Shown piece by piece: positions 32,135-44,800 of a DNA stretch of 64,000 nt. Position 1 is the first letter of the stretch. Each line of letters begins with the position of its first letter. Origin of the DNA: a virus. A model generated the notes under the pieces. That model was given only the letters and a program-made list of their open reading frames with translations. It ran no database searches and had not been told where the DNA came from. Where the stretch lies: positions 1 through 64,000 of IMG/VR virus record IMGVR_UViG_3300050343_000214; one strand, written 5' to 3'. The translations under genes and the position numbers were made by a program.

Positions 32135-33078
32135 ATGGCTAATAAACGTATTTTTTATGCACTCCAGCAAGTGTTAATAGGCGACGGAGAAGCGAGTGAA
32201 ACATCAACCGCGCTAAAGGGTGTACAAAGTGTTGGAATGAGTTCCACCACAAATGTAGAGAGTTTTAGTGCTTTTGGTGGCATTGAGGCAACTACAATTC
32301 TGCAAGACCTAGATCTTGAAATAACTATTGAGAATGGTCTTGGTAGCGATTGGACGAACGCCCTTGGAGCTGCTGGCTATAGCTCGTTCAATAGTGCGTT
32401 TTTTGACACGAAAAGAACGATTACTTTAGAATATCTTACAGATAGTGGCACTCCGAACGTGACTAAATTAATCACACTGGAAGCTATTTTGACTTCATAC
32501 AGTGTTCAGATGGGTCTTGATGGTGCAGCTACAGAATCTATTACTTTCCAAAATGCTGGCACCTCAGTCTTTACTGCGGGTTCTGACGGTACAGCGCTGT
32601 CAGCTCAAGCAGGCAAAAAACTTTGTAATGTAATTACTCGACCTAACTTTACTAATTTTACATATACTGAATACCCGGAATGCTGTGAAGCAACCACTAT
32701 AGCCCCCGCAACCTATAGTAAAGTTCAATCATTTAGTGCCAATTTTGATGTTGGAAGCGAAAAGGTTTCAGCTCTTGGGCAGTCTATGCCATTTGGCAAA
32801 TTTGCTACCTTCCCAGCTGAAATTTCGGCAGAAGTAGAATACCATCTTGATCCAACTGGTGGTATTGGTACTCTTAATTCTGGAACTATTACTGGCAATA
32901 GCTTGGATGATGTGTGTTATGATGTAGAAATTGCTATGCCCGGAAATACATATGCGATGGATAAAATGAGGCTCGCAGGAGCTAGCCGAAGCGGAGGTGA
33001 TGTTGGCGGTGGAAACGTAACTATTTCAGAAAGTTATACTGGATTTAATACGTTTAGCCTACTACTGGCCCTTCTTAA
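32135..33078 (+). CDS. Major tail tube protein (true stop probably TAA 33076-33078; base missing near 33060)
   Basis: SD GGGAG. NKRIFYA, GVQSVGM, YSVQM..DG..TESITF and a duplicated VQSFS module. The ORF-track tail MRTDEEEH... belongs to the next gene. Confidence 0.65.
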
Positions 33079-33085
33079 TTGTTAC

Positions 33086-34028
33086 ATGAGGACTGACGAA
33101 GAGGAACACTGGATACAGTCTATTAGAGTTGGCACTATTAAGTATGAAAATATTTCAATAGTGCCAGCTACTATAGATCAAGTGTCTGACGCTGCTAGAT
33201 GTCTATAGGACGATCTTACGATGAGTCTCTAAATAGTGGTATCATGACAGACTCAGGATTGGAACATTGGATGATAGAAAATTCTTTATTGCCGAAGTCG
33301 TTTCATACTTCTAGAGAAAATTTGAATAAATCTATAGACAATCTTAAAAAAAGATCTGTTCCGAAATAGGGCTAGCAAGTCTGCAATTAAAAAGATCCGT
33401 AGCGCAGATCTTACAAACACTCGCGCCAAGTTAAAAGATTGTACTTGCTCAAAAAATCCCACATGTCTCACAATACTTGTGAATTTATAGCGCAAACTGA
33501 AAAGTTAGTCTCTTTACTACACGCTACAACTTTCAAAAATAACAAGCCTTATAAGCCAGCTAATATGAATGTTGTCATTGAAATATGGCAAGAGTCTTTA
33601 GCTTCTGAATCCTTTGATCAGATCTTTAGTCTAGATGTGATACTTGGAGGTCTATTTGGGCTAACAAGGGGTTTGGCTTTAAGTTGTTTAAAAAAAATAA
33701 CCCAGATGATGATTTAACTATCAATCAAAGAAACTTAATCACATGGTCCAGAGTGTACGACAATATACAAGAGTCAATAGATTGTCCATCAGACGCAGCG
33801 ATTGCTAACCATGACATGCTTGATGGGTGGTTTTTAATTCAACAAGCTAAGAGGGAAAAAGAAAGAATGGAGCAAGAGGCAGAAGCACTAACTGGCGATA
33901 GAGGTAAGTCTGCAAATGCTCAACATGTCTTCGTTCCTCAAGGCGCAGACAACATAGATATTAATATTTTAAATGAGGGCCACGAATCTAAGCCTATACA
34001 TAATATAATTGAGGATCATAATAAATGA
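33086..34028 (+). CDS. Probable tail assembly protein (several indels; reconstructed)
   Basis: ATG at 33086 (MRTDEEEHWIQSIRVG). Fragments continue ..HNTCEFIA.., ..TWRSIWANKG.., ..WSRVYDNIQES.DCP...DMLDGWF.. to TGA 34028. Confidence 0.5.
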
Positions 34029-34357
34029 ACAACTATAATAATAGAAGGAAAGAAATTCACGATGCTAAGTCTTATAATAGGCTTTCTAGAAACATGAAAA
34101 AGAAAATACAAACAACTATGATTGGCGCTCTTAGCAGTGTTGAGAAACATTTTAGTTTTTTATGGGAGCAAGAAAATATTTCTGAAGAACAAAGGGAGTC
34201 ATTAAAAAGAATATATGACGATCTTAGATCTGAAATATTAGACAAAGGAAATCATCAACTAAGGAATGTTGATGCTGAATTGTCAGACTATACTATATCA
34301 TTACACCCAAACGTTCATGATATAAATTTTTTCGTAGATAACAAAGAGGAGAATTAA
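34025..34357 (+). CDS. Hypothetical protein, possible tail chaperone (110 aa)
   Basis: ATGA overlap. Helical KKIQTTMIGAL..E..F..LW...R..ILD.GN. Confidence 0.55.
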   Translation: MNNYNNRRKEIHDAKSYNRLSRNMKKKIQTTMIGALSSVEKHFSFLWEQENISEEQRESLKRIYDDLRSEILDKGNHQLRNVDAELSDYTISLHPNVHDINFFVDNKEEN

Positions 34358-35230
34358 ATGAAAAAGGAACCTAAAAGGATACCAATTGAAGCTAAAGACG
34401 ACGATGATAACGTAGTCAAGGGTTACATTAGAAAGCCCGGAAGTAGCGTACTCGCTAGGGCGCAGAGGGTTCATGCTAAAGTGTGGACTGATTGCGTTAG
34501 GGATAAAATAATGACTAAGCAAGAGCTTCAAAACTTTATGTATGAAAATAATGTGTGGAATGCTGAAAAAGATCTTAAACAGCTCACCTTGAGTAATGAT
34601 ATCCAGCAGCTAGAGAAAAAACTGTATGTTGGTAATAAAGGGCAAAAGACGATGAAGGCGTCAGAGGCCAAACAAATTGCTATAGACATGCGAATTGCCA
34701 GAGCTAAACTGCGAGATTTGATTGCGGAGAAAATGGCCTTAGAGCAGAACACTGCTGAAGCCTTGGCAGATAATGCTAAATTTGACGTTTTAGTAGCAGG
34801 CTGCACATTCGACGAAAATGATAATCGTGTGTATAATAGTGTAGATGAATATTCCGAAAATGCTGATACTGGGTTTGCTTTTGCGGCAGCTACAGCTATG
34901 GCTGAATTGTTATATTCATTAGACAAAGACTTCGAGAAAACCTTGCCAGAAAACAAGTTCCTCTCTGATCAGGGGTATGTTAATGACGAGTTATCTCTAG
35001 TCAACAAAGACGGTGAAACCGTAGATACCGAGGGTAGAAGGATAAACGAATTTGGCTATTATGTTAATGACGCAGGAAAGAGGACAGATATCGAAGGTAA
35101 TCTATTGGATGAAGATGGTAATTATATCCCTTCAATACAATACGTAGAAGACGAAGAAGTGCCTAAAAAGAAGGTTGCTAAAAAGAAAGCAACTGCTAAG
35201 AAAAAGGCGGCTACTTCGTCCGATAGTTAA
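34358..35230 (+). CDS. Probable tail assembly chaperone (290 aa)
   Basis: SD GAGGAG. Directly upstream of the tape measure gene. DxxG hairpin repeats and Lys-rich tail. Confidence 0.5.
   Translation: MKKEPKRIPIEAKDDDDNVVKGYIRKPGSSVLARAQRVHAKVWTDCVRDKIMTKQELQNFMYENNVWNAEKDLKQLTLSNDIQQLEKKLYVGNKGQKTMKASEAKQIAIDMRIARAKLRDLIAEKMALEQNTAEALADNAKFDVLVAGCTFDENDNRVYNSVDEYSENADTGFAFAAATAMAELLYSLDKDFEKTLPENKFLSDQGYVNDELSLVNKDGETVDTEGRRINEFGYYVNDAGKRTDIEGNLLDEDGNYIPSIQYVEDEEVPKKKVAKKKATAKKKAATSSDS
34829..34844 (+). promoter_or_regulatory. Putative intragenic late promoter upstream of the tape measure gene
   Basis: GTGTATAATAGTGTAG. The 15-mer at 34828-34842 is identical to 53109-53123. Confidence 0.5.
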
Positions 35231-35247
35231 TAGCCAAGGACGTTATC

Positions 35248-38200
35248 GTGTCTAAATTCGTTTTAACTGCTCAACTACAATTAAAAGCTCCCAATAATGT
35301 ATCCCAAGTTGTTTCTCAAATGCAGAAGCAGCTTTCGGGTGTCTCTGTAAATTTGAATGCGCAGGGAGCTGTTAAGGCTAATCAACAAGTACAGCAACTA
35401 TCTTCAAATCTTAATCAAGCTTCCAAGTCAGCTAAAGGGCTTGGCAGCGACTTTGCTCAGTCTGTACGTAGATTCTCTGCAATGGCAATCGCCACAAGAG
35501 CTGTTAGTCTCTTTACAAATACTCTTAGTAGCGCAATCAAAGAATCTATAGCCTTTGAACGAGAGTTAGTTAAAATTTCTCAGGTCACAGGGCAAACAGT
35601 TCAGAATTTATCTTTTCTAACTAATACTGTTTCTAGTTTATCTACTAATTTGGGTGTTGCTTCTGGCTCGCTCTTGAGCGTTAGTAGGATGCTATCTCAG
35701 GCTGGTCTCTCAGCCAAAGAAACAGAAACTGCCCTGCGTACCTTGGCTATGACTGACCTTGCTCCAACGTTTGATAATATCGCTCAAACCGCTGAAGGCG
35801 CTATTGCTATCTTTAACCAGTTTGGCAAAGGAGCTGCGGCTCTAGAACAACAACTTGGCGCTGTCAATGCTGTCGCTGGTCAGTTTGCTGTAGAGTCTGG
35901 TGACTTGATTGCTGCTGTTCGTAGAACTGGTGGTGTATTTAGAGCTGCTGGTGGTGATCTCAATGAATTAATCGCTTTGTTTACTAGTGTAAGATCTACT
36001 ACGCGAGAAAGTGCCGAAAGTATTTCTACTGGTCTTCGTACTATCTTTACTAGAATTCAAAGACCAAAAACCATTGAGTTCATGAAAAAGTTTGGCGTTG
36101 AACTTACAGACATGGAAGGAAAATTTGTTGGACCGTTTGAGGCCGTTAAAAGACTGAGCGCTGCGTTAGCTGGTCTTGAACAGGGTGATACTAGATTTAT
36201 CAAGATTGCTGAAGAGTTGGGTGGATTTAGACAGATTGGTAAAGTCATTCCTTTGATTCAACAATTTTCTACAGCTCAGTCTGCTTTGAATGTAGCCCAA
36301 GCTGGTGGCAATTCTTTAGCCAAAGATGCTGCCACTGCACAGCAAGCATTGGCGGTACAGATTATAAAAGTTAAAGAACAATTTTTGGAGTTAATAAGAG
36401 GCGTAACTGCTACTCCAATATTCCAGATGATGGCTACGAGCGCATTGACTTTAGCCTCTGCTCTAATCAAAGTCGCTGATACCTTAAAACCTATTCTCCC
36501 TATTATAACAGCGATTGCCGCTGTTAAGTTCACCAAAGGTATTGCTGGCTTTATGGGTGGTCTTGCTGGCAATATGAAAGGATTTTCCCAAGGTGGCAAA
36601 GTTCATGCTTTTGCTAGAGGAGGAGTAGTTCCGGGTTCTGGTAATCGTGATACTGTACCCGCAATGCTCACCCCCGGCGAATTCGTAATACGTAAAAGTA
36701 GCGTTGCAAAGCTAGGAGCTGGTAATCTAGAGGGAATGAATAAGTATGCTGCTGGAGGGATGGTATCTCAAGACAGACATACATATGGACCAAAAGCTCC
36801 CCCTGCTATAAAAAGGATGAAAGTTGCCCCCAAGGTTTCTCCTGAAGAACAAAAAAGAATAAACGAAAAAGGTGCCGCAACAAGAGCAGAAAATGAAGCC
36901 AAGCGCAAACAAGGTGAAGAATTTGATGGCGAGACGACTAAAGATAATAGTGGCAAAAAATTACCAACTATTGGTTTAGCCGCTTTGCATGGAACTAATA
37001 AATTATATGACCAAGCTATTCCAAACATAGGCAAAAGGGTTAAGTTACAATTCAGTACTTTAGATCCCAAGCAGGCTAAAGGCTATGAGAGAGAGATGAG
37101 AGATTCGGTTGAGTCAGTAGCTGGCAAAATGGCTAGCGAGTTAGCTACTGATATACGAGATTCTACACCTATAAATCAATCTGAAATTGATGGAATGATG
37201 GACAAGGCTGGTTTTGCCAATGCTGTAGGTGCATTTTTTGAAAGCGCCCTAGCCCTTACCGGATCTCCATATGAAGGCGCTAAGGGTAAAATGCAGATCA
37301 ATGACTCTCTTGATTTTGCTTCTGGACTAGGAACAGCTGCTAAATCCTTTAAAGGATTAACTTCAAACATGCCCACAGACGCTACGCGAACAGCAGGATC
37401 TGAAGGTAAAAGCGCAAGTAAATTTGCCTCACAGGTTGGTAGATGGTTTGCTAAAAATCCAAACTATGATATAGATTTAGTTAAAAAAATGGCTGAAGGC
37501 GGCGGGGTTGGTTCTGATACTGTTCCAGCATTGCTTACTCCCGGTGAATTTGTTGTTAATAAAAGCTCTGCTCAAAAGATTGGGTATGGCTCTTTAAACC
37601 GCATGAACAAAGTTGGTAAGTACGCTAAGGGTGGCTTTGTTCAAAAATTTGCTGGTGGTAGTTCTGGAAGCGGTGTTAAGGGTGGTGGCGGTGGAATGAT
37701 GGGTGGGATGTTTGAAGGAATGACGGGTCAGTTGATGGGTGTTCAAATGGCTTTGTCGATGCTTACTCCAGCTATTGATGAAAATAGTGGAGCTTTTGCT
37801 AGGGGCGCAAATAGTTTGATGGGCGGGTTTAATTCGCTTATAGGCGTTGTCACTATGGCTCAAGTAGCTTTAGCTGCATTTGGTGTCAATTTACAAAAAC
37901 AAAATATTGGCTCCTTGCTTAAATCAATGTTTAAGACGGGGAGAGGCGGTTTAGGAGATATTATTGGTGGGGTACAAAAACGAAAAGTCGGTGGTAAATT
38001 ACGCGCCGTCAGAAGGAAAGGAGAGGGTTTCTCTGAGGCTTTTCAAAATGAAATTGGAGTTCAAAAAGAACGAGCTTCTATTAATAAAAAAATGAGAAAT
38101 GTAAGAAAATCTGCTCCACAAAAGAATTTTGTTGAATCACCTGCTGCACAACAACAAACTCAAATTAAGAGAAAAAGAAGGGCTGATAGTTTACGGAACT

Positions 38201-41200
38201 TAAGATCTCAAAAACTTTCACTTAAATCAGCCTCTCCTACGAGTATTACTGGTCAGTTAGGGAAAAAAGCTGCTGGTAGCCCGATGCTTCAAGGAGCATT
38301 GAAAAAATTAAGTGGACCCTTACAGACGTTAGGAACTAAACTTCCTACATTTACTGCTGGACTGCAAGGCGCGATTGGTGCGGTTGGGCCTTTAGCTGGT
38401 CATCTTACCGCTGTTGCTGGCCCAGCGTTGGCTGCTGCTGGAGCAATGAAATTAGTTTTAGGCAGTTTCGATGCTGTTACAGGCAGGACGGAAACACTAA
38501 ATAAAGCTATTGAAGAGGGTAATGTAGCTCAAGCCGAAAAAGTAGCATTTGATAAGGCTGGGGCAGAAGCTGTCACTAATCTCGCTGCTGGCTTAACAGC
38601 CGCTGGTGGATTAATTGGCGGGCCTTTTGGAGCCGCAATTGGTGCTGCGACCGGGGCTGTTCTTAAGGTTGCTAGTGAAATGCCCGTAATTGGTCCAGTA
38701 GTTATGGAAGCTGCTGGTTTTATTAGTCAAGCTTTTGGTGGTAAAAGTTTAAGTAGTATCGTTGCTTTAGCTGGAGCAAACGCTGCGGCAAATAAAGCAA
38801 CAAAAGATTTGGCTAAAGCACAAACTGCTGCTAAAAATGCTACTGAAGATTTTCAAAATGGAACTCTGAGTGCATCGGAAGCGCTAGCTAAAATTCAGCA
38901 ATCTACAGCTAGTGTAACGCAATCTGAAAATAAAGCTAAAAAAGCTGTTCAAGAGAATAGTAAAAATAAATCCGCTGACGGATTCTTTAACTCAGGAGTA
39001 GGACCGTCTGGAAGAGATATTGCCTCATTTGTTAGTTTTGGGATGGTAGACAGCTCTACTACAAGAGACAAAAAGATTGATGATGAAAACAAGGGCGCTA
39101 TGCAGACAGCGATGAAGCAAGATGCTGAACGCTTTCAAATGACTAAAGGTCTAAAAATGTCCACCGCAAAATCTGTTTTTGCTACTGGTGGAGACATGGA
39201 TGAAGCCGCAAAAGCTGTTGGAATTGAAGACTCAGTAGATCCAACAACTGGAAAAGTAAAGAAAGGATTAAGAAGCAAGCAGCTTGAGACTGTTCAAGAG
39301 GCTGAAGCACTTAAAGCGTCTGGCGACGAAGAGGGTGCTAAGATATTAATGCAAGCGGCAAAGCAAACAGAAGAGCAAATACTTGACTTAGAACGTTCTT
39401 TAGAAAATTTACAGAAATCAGTTATAGAACAACAAAAAGCATTCGCTGCGATGAATCTGGGTTTGAATTCTGCTCAAGGTGCTGCTGGTGCATTTAGCGA
39501 TGCAATGAAAAACTATCAAGCTTCACAAGAAGCTGGCAACGTTGGTGTCATGCGCAACTTCGCCACTCTTGAAGCTGGTATTGGAAAAGCCGCTGCTGGA
39601 ATGGACCCCAAGGTATTCCAAAGCGCACTGTCGGAAACTTCTGATGCTCTTAAGTCTTTTGGCGCAGATGACGCACAGATTAAAAAGTTTGAAGAAAATA
39701 TTTCTGCTGTTAATGCAAGCGCTCAGGCTAATGCTCAGGCTGGTTTAGAGAAGTTTAGGCAGAACTCTGACTGATAAAAACAATAGGGGCGAAAAAGGTC
39801 TGGAGTTCTGGCGAAGCGATCAGTTTGAATTCATTATTGGATACTATTATGGACTCTGTTCCAGCTGGTATGGGCGATGAAGTTAAGGGTCGACTAAAAG
39901 ACATGCTCAAGGGTATGGACATTGATTATGGCAAGATTGCCGTAAAGGAGACTTCAGCCAAATTAATGAAGTGTTTAAAAAGCTTGGAATGGAGACACTT
40001 GACCAAGCTAAAGCTATAGCCCAAGCAGAGCAGTTCTATCAAGAAGTTATTGTAGACGCTGCAAAGAAAAGAGCTGAAGCTGAATCTCAACTTATAGATG
40101 CTACTCGCCAGCAACTTGACTATCTTAAAGAGTCTAAAGAAATTATTGCCTCTGCTGGTGGTCCAGCTGTGACTGCCCAAGACAGAGAAAAGATGGCTAT
40201 CGACCGCTACAATGCTGGGGTAACTAGTGGTCCAAAGCTAGGTGGCGCAAGCGCCAAAGACATTGTTGCGCAACAAAAATCTTTGGGTGATCGTAACGCT
40301 CAAATAAACGCAACTAGACTCGGAGCAGCAGCTGGAAATGAAGCCGATAAAGCAACCATAGCTGGTGAGAGTGGTCAAAAGCTGGATGCTGAACAAAGCA
40401 GCATAGCTAAACAAAACCAAGAACTATATCAAACTACCAAGTCTCTCATAGATAGTAAACGTAAAGAAATTGATATAATTAAAGCTAAGAACAAGTTAGA
40501 ACAAGACTCGTTTGATGCTTTGATGTCTGGCGATGCTGATGGATTCTTAGACGCTCAAGCTACTCAGGGCGCAATCGGAGCTATTGCTTCTGGCAACACT
40601 GATGACTTTGATGGTGACACATTGCAAAGAGCTTTTGAAGATCTCAAACGTCAACAAGCTGCTGGCGTAGAAGAAGTTAATGGTCAAAAGATTGGCGGGC
40701 CGGGAGGATTATTAGAAAAGGCTGCTAGTGCTACAATGCAAGCTAGAGGTCTTGATCCTGCGACGGCAGCTATGGAAGCTCAAAAAGTTTCGGGAACACC
40801 CGCAGAGCAAGCAGCAAATAAAGAGATACGAGAACTTGCTGCTACGCTACCAAGATTTGGTGATATTGCTATTAACTCTGCTGAAACTCAAATGAGAGCA
40901 GCTGAATTACAAAAAGAAGCCGCCATTGAAAACAAAGCTAATGCTGTAAACGAAATAAAGACGGGTGGTGGCGCTGGTGGTGGTGGCGCTGGTGGTGGTG
41001 GCGCTGGTGGTGGTGGCGCTGGTGGTGGTGGCGGTGCTGGTAAAGGTGTTGGAACTACCGCTCCTCCTACTCCTCCAGTATCAACTACTGCTGCCCCTAC
41101 TCCTCCAGCTGGTTATAATGACTTTACCAAGCTAGCTGCCGTATCTAGTGGTGGCCCAATGCCAAACGCAACTCCAGAAGAAATGAAGAAAGCTTTATTA

Positions 41201-41857
41201 GCGTCTCAAGGAGCTGTTACACCAAAGCCCGCTGGAGATGGCGGTCTGTTAGGCACTGGTGTTATGAGAAGCCTTGCTTCTACGGCTACGGGCGGCTTGG
41301 TATCCAGCAATCAAGAAGTTATATCTGGCAAAAAGGATGAGGTGGGTAGTGTTGGAGACTTTGTTGGTAATCAAATAGATAGAATTGGCAGTTTACAAAG
41401 AGACATAGGCTCTTATGCGACTATGGGATATATGGATACTTCAGCGCAAGTAGCACAAAAACAACAAATGGGAGCAGCCAGCGCGGTAGCCGCTACTGCC
41501 CCGTCAGCCATGTCGCCAGACGTTATTAGCAAGCTAGAAGAAATGACAAAAGCTATAACTGATAGTGGTGGCGGTGAAGGAATGGGAATGGATAGCTCTG
41601 CCATGACTCAATTCGCTAGCTCTTTAGATAAATTTAATGAGACTATACTGCAAAGTATTAGTACTTTACAAAGCACACAATTTAGCATTAAGCTTGAGCC
41701 TACTACTGTAAACCTCAACATAACTGGTACTTCATTCCTCCAAACTATGACAAACGAATTGCAAAACAAGCTGTTTGCAATGGTGAGCGATAAGATTAAG
41801 AATCTTAAAGTCGGGCCAGACGGCAGGATCAAAGAGTCTCAAAGCGAATTGGCGTAG
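35248..41857 (+). CDS. Tail tape measure protein (~2200 aa; indels at ~39770-39970)
   Basis: GTG start with SD AAGGA. TP901-type core (AFERELVKISQVTG, ISTGLRTIFTRI, EELGGFRQIGKV). Ala/Gly/Gln-rich helices continue through fragments 39825 and 39971. Confidence 0.85.
40964..41033 (+). repeat. Perfect 15-bp tandem repeat (GGTGGTGGCGCTGGT)x4 plus a partial copy, encoding GGGAG
   Basis: Read directly from the sequence. Confidence 0.95.
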
Positions 41858-41858
41858 A

Positions 41859-44800
41859 ATGACAAACTTTAGTTTTAATTGTGTGTTTCAGGATCATTCA
41901 TTGATCCGCAATAAAAGCTCGGCAAGTGTCAGGGCCACGACTAAGTGCGTGAACGCCGCAAGAACTAAATTAGTTTCATCTGCATCTGTCAGAACTATTG
42001 CTGGCAAGAAGGTTCCCGTATCGGCAAGGATTAAGAAATCTTTAAAGTTGAATGCTGCGCTGCAAACACAGGTGGTTGCAGTTTCGTCCAAGATATCCAT
42101 TAAGTCTAATGTTAGATCTTCTCTTGTAAATACTAGCGGGTTGTCTGTTGGCTGTAGGATTTCTTGCCAATCTTCTTTTAAGAATACATACGTTGATAAA
42201 ATAGGTGGTGATTTATCTCAGATAAATGCTATTCAAGGATTTACGGGAAACCAAAAATTATATCCTAAGAGTGATATCACTATATCTGTGAATAACAATA
42301 CTTTTGTAGACCAGTTTGGATCTACCTCTAATCTTTTTGATAAGATAAACGATGGTATATTTACAGGTAATTATCAAGAAAATTTTAACTCTAGTAGTAG
42401 GATGGTTGACAGTACCACTTTTATAGAACCCTCTTCTATATTAACAGACGGTACGTTTAAATATGTTTGTGAGGTAGACGCTCCCACCACTACTCCAAAG
42501 CAAAGTTTTCTTTTTGTTAGAGCAGCAGCTCCAATGAGAAATTATGCTTCGTCTATGCCCCCTTCTTATAAACTATATAATGTATCTTTTCTAGACCCTA
42601 ATGGTGATACTATAGTACAGTATGATGATATATTAATTAGGGGTGATTCTAATTACAATGATAATAAAGATGATAATTTTGTTACATACATATCTGGCCC
42701 CTTAGTCAACAATATAGAAAAACCTGAGTGGCATACTGGCTATCCCTTATTTGGTCAAACCTCTGGCTACAAACTCTCTTTTGATTTAGATATTATATGT
42801 AGCGATATAGGATTCTCTGATAAGTTCAACCAAGGCTATCTTACTGAGTCTTGTGTTCTTCCTAGCTCTATCCACTCTGGCAATGATCACCTTGCTATTG
42901 ATGGTTCTCCCTTATCCACAAGTAGTCAAGGATTTATAAACCCTACAGACAATGTAAGAATCAGCGCTATAGAAATTGTAAATAGTGGTACTCCATTTGG
43001 TTTCTCTGTAGCTAATGCTGTAAACGCATTTGTGAAGACTGACGAAAAAGGACTGAGAATAGACAGGGAAATATTACCTTCTGAAATACAACTATCTACA
43101 TTTGACACCACAATACACCCTCAAAGTTTTTCAATTTGGGAATCTGACGATGCCTCTTTAGATAATACCAGCTCTAGCGGTTGTCAAGAAATTACTAAGA
43201 TATTAAGAAAAAATAATGATGAGAATTATATTAACTTGTCTAGCTCTACAGTAGCAGACTCTGGAAAGTTAATAGTAAAGTTTAGTCATGAACCCCCTCT
43301 GCCAACCAATCGTTTCGTTGCTGGAGCTTTTGATATAAATTTCATGCAGCCAGAGAAAGAGTTTGATTACGCAGAGTATAAGAAGGTACATGCTTCCGAC
43401 TCTATGTTTGTCGTAGATGAAGTGTTCTTAAAAGTCATTGCTAAAAAGGGAGCAAGCGCACCAGACTATACCCTAGATGTTGTGGGATACAGTTTTGATC
43501 ATTTACTTTTTAACACGCCAAAGGTTGGCGGCTTCCTGCAAAACACTGAGGGCGCAGGAACCATTCCGTCTGCCATTCAAACTGTAGGTGTAAATGATTT
43601 AGGGGTTGCAACTGAACCTTTATCTAACAAACAGGGATTTGCATTAAAGCCTTTAACTCCTAGTGATGGAGGAGATCATTATATTGTTGCTACAGCACCC
43701 GTAGTAAACTCCACTACTTTTGAAGAATACATTGTACCGCTCAAGGTTTATAGGCAGGGAGATGTGGGCATTCATCCAAATTATAATGTTAGCACATTCT
43801 TTGAGAATTTATTTCTAGATATTTGCCCCTTGCCGGTAGATGCTACTATTGCTTCTGTTAGATTATTAGTTAAACATAAACCGTCTAACGCGATGACGCT
43901 ATACACTCTAGGACATAAAGATTCTGTTGACTTAGGCAGAGAAGACACTTTCATGTCTCCTTCTGAGAAAAAATCTGTAGATACTCCTACAAGTTTTGGT
44001 AATTATAATCATCCGTTATCTACTATAGAAAATATTCCAGCAGGATATAGTTCAGACGATTCCATGAAAAGCAACTACTCTAGAAGATGGAGGGGTGTTG
44101 ATGGGCTTGTTGCTGTTGGTCCGTTTGATTTTTCAGAGTTTGGTTTTGGTTTTTATAACCCGCAACTTAAAGCTCCATTCTTGGGAGGTTATTTCTCCTT
44201 TAATAACGACTCTGGAAATGATATTATATCAGATGATTTATATGAGCTACCCGGAATTACTGGAGAGTATATAGGTAATTATAATAAGTTACAGAATACA
44301 GGCTTAAGGTTTAAAAACGACCAGCTGTTCACTGGCTCTACGTCTCATACTACTATTGATTGGACTTCAATAACAGCCAATCAAGCAGACCCCCTATCTG
44401 GTCAGATCGCTGATGCTTTTGATAACACCGTTAGAGTATCTGGAGTTAATGGATATATTTCCTTTGATGATTTTGATGTTACCTCTGGCGTTATTGCGTT
44501 TGTTAGGTTTAGTCCTGACGAAAATATGTCATTTAATTCTAGTGTATTATTCTCTAAATATAATTCTGGCAAAGACTTAGAGTTTTCTTTAGGTTATAAC
44601 AATGGCTACCTCACAGCGCAAGCAACGGATGATCAAGGCAACCTTATAACCATACAAGATTCTCTTCTTTATACAAATTATTCTTACCCATTATCTGTTG
44701 TTTTGGCGTATAATAATACAAGCGACGGAGTAATGACATTATACACTGATAATGAAATTGACTCTACAGGATTTAATAGGCTCAGAGCTACCTCAAGCAC

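Noticed and set aside
33684-33700. TTTAAAAAAAA as a programmed tail-chaperone (G/GT) frameshift site
   Set aside because: The sensible frame (TWRSIWANKGFGFKLFKKNNPD) reads straight through it. The breaks are upstream, in an indel cluster.
32135-41857. Contractile tail sheath or tailocin/GTA interpretation
   Set aside because: No sheath-like gene is present, and the full capsid module plus very large accessory genes indicate a genuine large phage.
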